This document shows positions 1 through 6,503 of a DNA stretch of 35,321 nt, piece by piece (within the stretch, counting starts at the first letter, position 1; each line of letters opens with the position of its first letter). The stretch is from Candidatus Komeilibacteria bacterium (GTDB taxonomy: Bacteria; Patescibacteriota; Patescibacteriia; UBA1558; S5-K13), in the NCBI GenBank assembly GCA_030591905.1, contig JAUVAE010000001.1, positions 1 to 35,321 on the forward strand, written 5' to 3'. The notes under the pieces are model-generated. The model made no database searches. It saw only the letters and a program-made list of their open reading frames with translations, and was not told the origin of the DNA. Made by a program: the position numbers and the translations under genes.

Positions 1-295
1 AAAAATATTTATCCCGTTAGATGATTTTTCGAAGGAATTTAATGGGACAAAATTAAAAATTATATCATATAAAATAAATGAAAAAATTAATAAATAAATA
101 TTTAATGGGATGAAAAAAACATGCTATCAATGTGAAAACTATGACTGGACAAAACAAAAAATAAAAAATAGAACTACTATTGTTAGAAACCATAGAAAAG
201 AAAAGAAAAATGTCTTAGATTATGTCAGATCTTTGCTATTTTAATTTGATTTATTGTTAGTTTTAGTGTTAAATAAACTAATTAGTAGTAATAAA

Positions 296-440
296 CCCCT
301 CCCTCAATCCCTCCCCTAGTCAGGAGAGGGAAGACGGGGATAAAGACTGATTTAGAAGTAATTTTATAAAAATTAATAGAACTTTGTAAAATTGTCTTTC
401 TCCTGACTAGGAGAGAGATGTCCAAAGGACAGAGAGAGGT
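296..440. repeat. GC-rich hairpin doublet, copy A (divergent left half)
   Basis: Hairpin 308-331 has arms TCCCTCCCC/GGAGAGGGA and loop TAGTCA. An AT-rich spacer follows. Hairpin 395-418 has arms TCTTTCTCC/GGAGAGAGA and loop TGACTA. Mini-hairpin TGTCC-AAA-GGACA lies at 419-431, and the end motif GAGAGAGGT at 432-440 ends 9 nt before the ileS ATG. The right half is nearly identical to copy B at 3528-3573. Confidence 0.85.
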
Positions 441-449
441 TAAAATAAT

Positions 450-3400
450 ATGAATGAAAATTTAAAAAATAAAAAATCAGATCTGTTTAAAAAAGAACAG
501 GAAATTTTGAAATTTTGGAAAGATAATCAAATTTTTGAAAAATCATTAAAAAAAGATAGTCCTCAAGGCGAATATTCTTTTTATGATGGACCTCCTTTTG
601 CTACTGGATTACCTCATTATGGACATATTGTAGCTTCTTTATTGAAAGATGTTTTTCCTAGATATAAAACAATGCAAGGATATTCTGTTAGAAGAAAATG
701 GGGTTGGGATTGTCACGGTTTACCAGTGGAAAGTTTAGTTGAAAAAGATTTAAAAATTAAATCTAAAGACGAAATTGAAGATAGAGTTGGAGTTGATAAA
801 TTTAATGAATCTTGCCAAACCTATGTCATGAAATATGCTGATGAATGGCAGAAATTTATCCCCATGATTGGTAGATGGGTTGATATGGAAGATGATTATA
901 AAACTATGGATCCAGAGTATATGGAATCTATTTGGTGGGTTTTTAAATCATTATGGGAAAAGGGATTAATATATGAAGGTTATAAATCAATGCATATTTG
1001 TCCTCATTGTGAAACAACATTATCTAATTTTGAAGTAGGATTAGAATATAAAGATATTAAAGATTTATCAATAACTGCTAAATTTGAATTAATTAACCCT
1101 GTCGGAAATAACGATTCTAAAGAATCTAATTCCAACAGGACAAGTGAACCAAAAACTTTTGTTTTAGCTTGGACAACTACTCCTTGGACTTTGCCAGGAA
1201 ATGTAGCTTTAGCTGTTGGTAAAAGTATAGACTATGTAAAAGTAGAATTAGATGGAAAAAAGTATATTTTAGCTAAAGAATTAGTAGAAACAGTTTTAGC
1301 TGACAAAAAATATACAATAGTAGAGGAGCTTAAAGGCAAAGATTTAGTTGGTAAAGCTTATCAGCCGTTATTTGATTATTATTCTAGTAATAAAGAATTA
1401 GAAAACATAGAAAATGGCTGGAAAATATATGCTGCTGATTTCGTAACTATTGAAGATGGTACTGGTATTGTATATATTGCTCCGGCTTTTGGTGAAGACG
1501 ATATGAATTTAGCTAAAGAAAACAAATTGCCTTTTGTACAGCACGTTTTTTTAAATGGTAAATTCACAGAAGAAATGCAAGATTTTGCTGGTATGGAAGT
1601 AAAGCCCAAAGAAGATATAAACAAAACTGATATAGAAATTATTAAGTATCTAGCTGCTAAAGATTTGCTTTTTGCTAAAGAAAAATATGAACATTCTTAT
1701 CCACATTGCTGGCGTTGTGATGCTCCTTTATTGAATTATGCTACTAAATCTTGGTTTGTAAAAGTTACTGATATTAAAGATAAAATAATCGCTAATAATA
1801 AGAAAGTGAATTGGGTTCCAGCTAGTTTTAAAGAAGGTCGAATGGGTAAATGGTTAGAAGGTGCTCGGGATTGGTCGATTTCTAGACAAAGATATTGGGG
1901 TTCAGTATTACCTATTTGGAAATGTGATTGTGGTGAAATTAAAGTAATTGGTTCTATAGCAGAATTGGAAAAGCTTTCTGGAAAAAAGGTGGAAGATTTA
2001 CATAAACATACGGTGGATAAAATTACTATTAAATGTGAAAAATGTGATAATGAAATGAAAAGAATACCAGACGTTTTAGATTGTTGGTTTGAATCTGGTG
2101 CTATGCCTTATGCCTCAGTTCATTATCCATTTGACCCCAGTAGTTTATCCTCACAAAGTTCGGATAACCACGGGGCAAGAAATAAAAAATTGAAAGTTTC
2201 TTTACCTAAAAACTTTCCTGCTAATTTTATTGCTGAGGGTCAGGATCAAACTAGAGGCTGGTTTTATACTTTATTAGTATTATCTACGGCTTTATTTGAT
2301 AAACCAGCATTTTTAAATGTAGTAGTAAATGGTATGGCCTTAGCTGAAGATGGTAAGAAGATGTCTAAGAGACTAAGAAACTATCCTGATCCTACGGAAA
2401 TGATTCATAAATTTTCAGCAGATACTTTAAGGTATTATTTACTTTCTTCTCCTATTGTTAAAGCTGGCGATTTATGTTTCTCAGAAAAAGATTTATCAAG
2501 TATTTATTATAGATATATTTCAACTTTAATGAATGTAGTTTCTTTTTATAAAATGTATGCTAAAGAGGATGATGTTAACTTCGTAGAACCAGAACATTTA
2601 TTGGATAAATGGATTTTAGCTAAATTAAAAGAGTTAAAGAAAAATATTACTGATAATTTAAATAAATATGAAGTAAAGAAGTCCGTGGATCCAATTGGGG
2701 AGTTTATTTTAGAATTATCAACTTGGTATCTAAGACGTTCTCGGGATAGATTTAAGTCTCATGATGAGTCAGGAACTAAGACTCTACATTATGTTATTTT
2801 AGAATTTAGTAAGTTAATTGCTCCTTTTATGCCATTTTTAGCAGAGGATCTATATAAAGAAATGACCCATTCGGCAAGCTCAGGGCAGGCAGGCAAAGAA
2901 GAGTCGGTTCATTTAGTTACTTGGCCAGAAATAGAGAAATTAACTAAGGAAGAACTTAGTTTATTAGAGGACATGGAGACTGCTCGTAAGGTTGTAGAAA
3001 AATCTCATAATTTGAGAGATCAAGCTGGTATGAAAGTCAGACAACCATTAGATTCTATAAATTATAATTTTAATAAAAAATCTTTGAACATAAAATTTGA
3101 ACAAGTTATTGCTGAGGAAGTTAATGTAAAAACAGTAGAATTTTCAAAAAAAGTAGCAGATCAGGAAGTTGATTTAGATATTAAGCTTACTCCAGAATTA
3201 AAGAACGAAGGCAATTTAAGAGAACTTGTTAGACAAATTAATTCGCTTCGTAAAAAAGCTAATTTAACCATTAACGATAGGGTAAAAGTATATTTTCAAA
3301 GTAAAGATTTAGCTGATTTAATATTAGAAAATAAAGAGTTTTTACAGAAAAATGTATTAGCTGATGATATTATTAATGATCAGGTTGATAAGAGCTTAAT

Positions 3401-3458
3401 AACTAAAGAAGTAGAAATTAACAAATTTAAAGTTAAGATTAGTTTAGTTAGCATTTAA
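450..3458 (+). CDS. ileS: Isoleucine--tRNA ligase, eukaryote-like (type 2) form
   Basis: 1002-aa ORF. It carries 'YDGPPFATGLPHYGH' (the HIGH signature in the form I associate with type-2/eukaryote-like IleRS), the 'KMSKRL' KMSKS loop, and 'WTTTPWTLPGN', 'DWSISRQRYWG' and 'AEGQDQTRGWFYTL'. Confidence 0.95.
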   Translation: MNENLKNKKSDLFKKEQEILKFWKDNQIFEKSLKKDSPQGEYSFYDGPPFATGLPHYGHIVASLLKDVFPRYKTMQGYSVRRKWGWDCHGLPVESLVEKDLKIKSKDEIEDRVGVDKFNESCQTYVMKYADEWQKFIPMIGRWVDMEDDYKTMDPEYMESIWWVFKSLWEKGLIYEGYKSMHICPHCETTLSNFEVGLEYKDIKDLSITAKFELINPVGNNDSKESNSNRTSEPKTFVLAWTTTPWTLPGNVALAVGKSIDYVKVELDGKKYILAKELVETVLADKKYTIVEELKGKDLVGKAYQPLFDYYSSNKELENIENGWKIYAADFVTIEDGTGIVYIAPAFGEDDMNLAKENKLPFVQHVFLNGKFTEEMQDFAGMEVKPKEDINKTDIEIIKYLAAKDLLFAKEKYEHSYPHCWRCDAPLLNYATKSWFVKVTDIKDKIIANNKKVNWVPASFKEGRMGKWLEGARDWSISRQRYWGSVLPIWKCDCGEIKVIGSIAELEKLSGKKVEDLHKHTVDKITIKCEKCDNEMKRIPDVLDCWFESGAMPYASVHYPFDPSSLSSQSSDNHGARNKKLKVSLPKNFPANFIAEGQDQTRGWFYTLLVLSTALFDKPAFLNVVVNGMALAEDGKKMSKRLRNYPDPTEMIHKFSADTLRYYLLSSPIVKAGDLCFSEKDLSSIYYRYISTLMNVVSFYKMYAKEDDVNFVEPEHLLDKWILAKLKELKKNITDNLNKYEVKKSVDPIGEFILELSTWYLRRSRDRFKSHDESGTKTLHYVILEFSKLIAPFMPFLAEDLYKEMTHSASSGQAGKEESVHLVTWPEIEKLTKEELSLLEDMETARKVVEKSHNLRDQAGMKVRQPLDSINYNFNKKSLNIKFEQVIAEEVNVKTVEFSKKVADQEVDLDIKLTPELKNEGNLRELVRQINSLRKKANLTINDRVKVYFQSKDLADLILENKEFLQKNVLADDIINDQVDKSLITKEVEINKFKVKISLVSI
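1098..1139. repeat. Imperfect 42-nt hairpin inside the ileS reading frame
   Basis: Outer arms CCTGTCGGA (1098-1106) and TCCAACAGG (1131-1139) pair at 8 of 9 positions. Inner arms GATTC (1113-1117) and GAATC (1122-1126) enclose loop TAAA. The segment encodes the low-complexity stretch PVGNNDSKESNSNRT. Confidence 0.4.
2135..2175. repeat. GC-ended imperfect hairpin inside the ileS reading frame (TTGACCCC-type left end)
   Basis: CCCC (2135-2138) pairs with GGGG (2172-2175), and TTATCC (2145-2150) with GGATAA (2162-2167), around an 11-nt loop. The left end TTTGACCCC resembles the ATTGACCCC ends at 7641 and 8513. The segment encodes DPSSLSSQSSDNHGA. Confidence 0.4.
2865..2894. repeat. In-frame GC-rich island in ileS containing a fragment of the intergenic repeat family
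   Basis: GCTCAGGGCAGGCAGG (2878-2893) matches GCTCGGGACAGGCAGG in repeat copy C (6404-6419) at 14 of 16 positions. It also matches the reverse complement of CCTGCCTGTCCC in copy D (12207-12218). It encodes ...HSASSGQAGKE... Confidence 0.6.
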
Positions 3459-3460
3459 CT

Positions 3461-3573
3461 ACCTCTATCCCTGTCTCCCTTTCTCCTAGTCAAGAGAAAG
3501 GGACTATATGCTTATTTAGTTTTTTTGTCCCTCTCCTGACTAGGAGAGGGATGTCCAAAGGACAGGGAGAGGT
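3461..3573. repeat. GC-rich hairpin doublet, copy B (archetype; REPIN/BIME-like)
   Basis: Terminal inverted repeat: ACCTCT(AT)CCCTGTC at 3461-3475 pairs with GACAGGGAGAGGT at 3561-3573. Hairpin 3476-3503 has a 10-bp stem and a loop containing TAGTCA. The spacer at 3504-3527 contains CTATATGCTTATTTAG. Hairpin 3528-3551 is a perfect 9-bp stem (TCCCTCTCC/GGAGAGGGA) with loop TGACTA. Mini-hairpin TGTCC-AAA-GGACA lies at 3552-3564. Confidence 0.9.
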
Positions 3574-3585
3574 TGAATCTAATTT

Positions 3586-4227
3586 ATGGAATATATAACT
3601 CATGGCATAATTCTTAGTTCTAGAGATTTTAAAGATGCAGATAGATTGTATTCTATTTTAACTTTAGAAAATGGTTTAATAAATGCTACAGCAAAGTCAG
3701 TAAAAAAATCAGAGAGTAAATTATCTGGTTTTTTAATACCTTCTAATCAGGTTGTTTTAATGTTGGCTAATGGGAAATCAACAATAAGTAGAATTGCTCA
3801 AGTTAAAGTTTTAAAAACTCATTCTCATATCATAAAAGATCATGAGATTTTTTTATTATTTAGTCAGATTGTAGAGATTTTATTGAATTCAGTTAAAGAA
3901 AATTTAGCAGAAAAAGATATTTATAACACTACATTATTATTTTTAAACGATTTGAATGATGAAAAATTGAGTATAGAAAAAAAGAAAACTATTCAGTTAA
4001 TATATTTTTCCGAACTTTTAAAATTTTTAGGATTTAGACCTAAAAAAATTGATATTAAAACGGATTTATTGTGTAAATTATTGGAACTTATGTTTAAGAA
4101 TGACTATTCAAAAAATCGTGATTTAATGCTAAAATTAAAGGTAAGATTAGGCGATTTTTCTATTTTAAGAGAATGGTTTATAGATTATTTTCAGAATATT
4201 TTGGAGAAAAAAATAAATAGTTTTTAA
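3586..4227 (+). CDS. recO: DNA repair protein RecO
   Basis: 213 aa. The N-terminal OB-fold pattern is typical of RecO (GIILSSRDFKDADRLYSILTLENGLINATAKSVKKSESKLSGFL). Size and helical C-terminal half also fit. Confidence 0.7.
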   Translation: MEYITHGIILSSRDFKDADRLYSILTLENGLINATAKSVKKSESKLSGFLIPSNQVVLMLANGKSTISRIAQVKVLKTHSHIIKDHEIFLLFSQIVEILLNSVKENLAEKDIYNTTLLFLNDLNDEKLSIEKKKTIQLIYFSELLKFLGFRPKKIDIKTDLLCKLLELMFKNDYSKNRDLMLKLKVRLGDFSILREWFIDYFQNILEKKINSF

Positions 4228-4239
4228 TAAGGTTTAAAT

Positions 4240-6342
4240 ATGAAAAATACAAAAAATATTTTAGATTTATCTAAAATTAAAAAAACAAAAAAATCAATTT
4301 TTAGTAAACAATTAAAAAATAAATTGGGCCCTAAGCCAAATTTAAGTTTTGGTGTAAATGTAAAAATTGTTAGAGGTGGAAAAAAAAAATCATCTCATAA
4401 TAAAAAATTAAGTGTTGGTATCAGACCAAAATTATTAAGTAAGAAAAAAATAAAAGGCGTTCGATCAAAAGCTTATGATACAGCTAATTCTTCTAAAGAG
4501 ATTGATGATATTTGGAAGAAGAATAAAAATTTAGATAAAGGATTTGATAAGAGGCCATCTACCAAAAAAAAGACTTTACCAATTATTATTATTTTATTAT
4601 TTTTACTTGCTGTTGCTAGTATAGCTGGCTGGTATTTTTTTGGTACTAAAGAACTAACTGGTGAAGGAGTAAGTTTAGAGATCAAAGCAGACGAGAATAT
4701 AGTTTCTGGAAAACAAGTTGAATTATTGATAAAGTATAAAAATAAAGAAAATGTTAAAGTAAAAAATCTTGAATTAAGGATAAATTATCCAGAAGGTTTT
4801 CATTACATTTCTTCTAAACCCTATGCCAATACTTTGTCTTCTAATGTTTGGCAATTAGATGACCTTAAGGCTGGGGAATCTGGAGAGGTGAGATTGGTAG
4901 GACAAATTATTGGAGGACTTGATGAAGAAATCGTTTTAGAGCCAATTTTATCATATGAGCCATCTAATTTTAGCTCGTCATTTGAATCAAAAGTAGTTAA
5001 AGTTTTTAAAATTGATAAGTTATTAATGGATTTTCGAGTAGAAGCGCCAGCAGAAATAGGAAATGATAATAGAGTTACTTATAATATATTTTATAAAAAC
5101 ATATCTGAATTACCGCTGGATAATTTTAGATTAAGAGTGGATTATCCAGATAATTTTACTATTATTGAAACGGGCGGAGACGCTCAATTATTAACAGAGG
5201 ATATTTGGGAGATTGATGAAATAATGAAAGATGAAGAAAATGAAATAATAATAACCGGATTTTTTGATTTAGAGAATATAAGTTCTTCAACAGTAAAGGC
5301 TATTTTAGAGATTAAATCTTCATTATTAGAAATTCCTTTAATTGGTGAGTCTAGTTCTAATTGGTATCCATATTTAACAATTGAGAAAGATATTACTTTG
5401 TCGGAATTGGCAGCTAATTTAAAAGTATCTGTAAATGGAGATAACAAAGATTTGGCAATTGATTGGGGCAGTGAATTAGAATATGTTATTAATTATAAGA
5501 ATACCAGTGATTCAGACTTGGAAAATGTTTCTATTACAGTTATTTTAAATTCTGATTATCTTGATTGGGAAAGTTTGGACGATAATTTTAATGGTTTAAT
5601 TGATGAAGGAAATCATTTTATTACCTGGGACAAGAAAATTATTCCTTCTCTAGCAAAACTTGATGTGGGTCAGGAAGGTAGAATTAGTTTTAAGATCAAA
5701 GTTGTTGATTTTAACGAGGAGATTGTAGAAAGTGATGATTATTTAATTGCTTCAGAGGTGTTTTTAGATTCTGATAGTTTTGAGGTAATAGAAGGAGAAG
5801 AGGAAGAGAATAAATTGATAAATTCTAATATTATTATCAATAAAATAAATAGTCCTGTCGATTTTTTAACTTTAGCCAGATATTATAATGAAGCTGGTGA
5901 AGCTGTCGGTTCAGGGCCATTACCACCATTTGTAGGAGAAACAACGAGTTATCAGATAGTTTGGAGTTTAAAATCTTTAACAGCCGATTTAAAAAATATA
6001 CTTATTAAGACAACATTGCCTCCGGGAGTTGAATGGGCTCAGGGAATTGTTGCTGATGATCAGGATTTGATTTTTAATGATACTACTAGACAAGTAGTCT
6101 GGAAAATAAATAATTTAGAAAAAATGGAGAATAATATAGCTAAATTTAATGTCCTGATAACTCCTGACGTAAGTCAGGTTGGTAAAATAGTAACTTTGAA
6201 TAATACTATAACATTAATAGCAGAAGATACTTATTCTCAGGGAAGAATTAATTTAAATAGTAACTATTTAACTACTGAGTTAGAGGGAGATGAAAAGGCC
6301 GTTGGGAATGAAAAGGTTATTAATTCTATTCTAGGTGAATAG
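4240..6342 (+). CDS. Membrane-anchored surface protein with repeated DUF11/CARDB-like beta-sandwich modules
   Basis: 700 aa. It has a Lys-rich N-terminal tail of about 110 aa and a single TM (LPIIIILLFLLAVASIAGWYFF). At least four modules follow, carrying the recurring signature N-x-x-[LI]-x-[IV]-x-YP-x-x-F (NLELRINYPEGFHYIS, NFRLRVDYPDNFTII, NVSITVILNSDYLDW, NILIKTTLPPGVEW). Confidence 0.6.
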   Translation: MKNTKNILDLSKIKKTKKSIFSKQLKNKLGPKPNLSFGVNVKIVRGGKKKSSHNKKLSVGIRPKLLSKKKIKGVRSKAYDTANSSKEIDDIWKKNKNLDKGFDKRPSTKKKTLPIIIILLFLLAVASIAGWYFFGTKELTGEGVSLEIKADENIVSGKQVELLIKYKNKENVKVKNLELRINYPEGFHYISSKPYANTLSSNVWQLDDLKAGESGEVRLVGQIIGGLDEEIVLEPILSYEPSNFSSSFESKVVKVFKIDKLLMDFRVEAPAEIGNDNRVTYNIFYKNISELPLDNFRLRVDYPDNFTIIETGGDAQLLTEDIWEIDEIMKDEENEIIITGFFDLENISSSTVKAILEIKSSLLEIPLIGESSSNWYPYLTIEKDITLSELAANLKVSVNGDNKDLAIDWGSELEYVINYKNTSDSDLENVSITVILNSDYLDWESLDDNFNGLIDEGNHFITWDKKIIPSLAKLDVGQEGRISFKIKVVDFNEEIVESDDYLIASEVFLDSDSFEVIEGEEEENKLINSNIIINKINSPVDFLTLARYYNEAGEAVGSGPLPPFVGETTSYQIVWSLKSLTADLKNILIKTTLPPGVEWAQGIVADDQDLIFNDTTRQVVWKINNLEKMENNIAKFNVLITPDVSQVGKIVTLNNTITLIAEDTYSQGRINLNSNYLTTELEGDEKAVGNEKVINSILGE

Positions 6343-6356
6343 ATTAGAAATTAATT

Positions 6357-6494
6357 ACCTCTCCCTGTCCTTCGGACATCCCTCTCCTAGTTCCCACGAC
6401 TTCGCTCGGGACAGGCAGGAGAGGGACAAGAGAACTAAACGAGCATATAGTCCCTTTCCTCCTGACTAGGAGAAAGGGAGACAGGGATAGAGGC
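6357..6494. mobile_element. GC-rich hairpin doublet, copy C: MITE-like, inverted relative to copy B, with 9-bp target-site duplication
   Basis: Termini ACCTCTCCCTGTC (6357-6369) and GACAGGGATAGAGGC (6480-6494) are inverted repeats. The element is flanked on both sides by AAATTAATT (6348-6356 and 6495-6503). Spacer 6427-6450 matches the reverse complement of the copy B spacer at 20 of 24 positions. Hairpin 6451-6479 is the reverse complement of B 3476-3503. The hairpin with arms 6379-6387/6418-6426 is the reverse complement of B 3528-3551, but its loop is expanded to 30 nt. Confidence 0.85.
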
Positions 6495-6503
6495 AAATTA
6501 ATT

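Noticed and set aside
110-244. Small ORF, ATG 110 to TAA 244 (44 aa, MKKTCYQCENYDW...), upstream of ileS.
   Set aside because: It is Lys/Asn-rich like any random frame in AT-rich DNA. It has a single CxxC, no recognisable family and no clear RBS. That is too weak to call a gene.
250-449. Possible T-box or other riboswitch leader upstream of ileS.
   Set aside because: No T-box sequence (AGAGA/GGUGNUACCGCG-type) or specifier-loop architecture is visible. The structure present is fully explained by GC-repeat copy A.
1379-1624. Antisense or overlapping ORFs from the six-frame track: 1379-1624, 4473-4685, 5184-5447, 14894-15118, 17247-17438, 19783-20016, 20723-20923, 21584-21817, 22304-22519, 23089-23364, 24359-24559, 24933-25124, 26112-26345 and 30354-30566.
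   Set aside because: Each lies entirely inside, or largely overlaps, a well-supported gene on the opposite strand. Their composition is low-complexity (I/F/L/K/S-rich) and none resembles a known family. Such ORFs are expected by chance opposite AT-rich CDSs.
4380-4389. A(10) homopolymer near the 5' end of the surface-protein gene as a phase-variation switch.
   Set aside because: The tract lies in a Lys-rich (AAA/AAG) region, and similar A-runs occur nearby (about 4441 and about 4561). This is the expected composition for poly-Lys in an AT-rich genome. There is no evidence of length variation from a single sequence.
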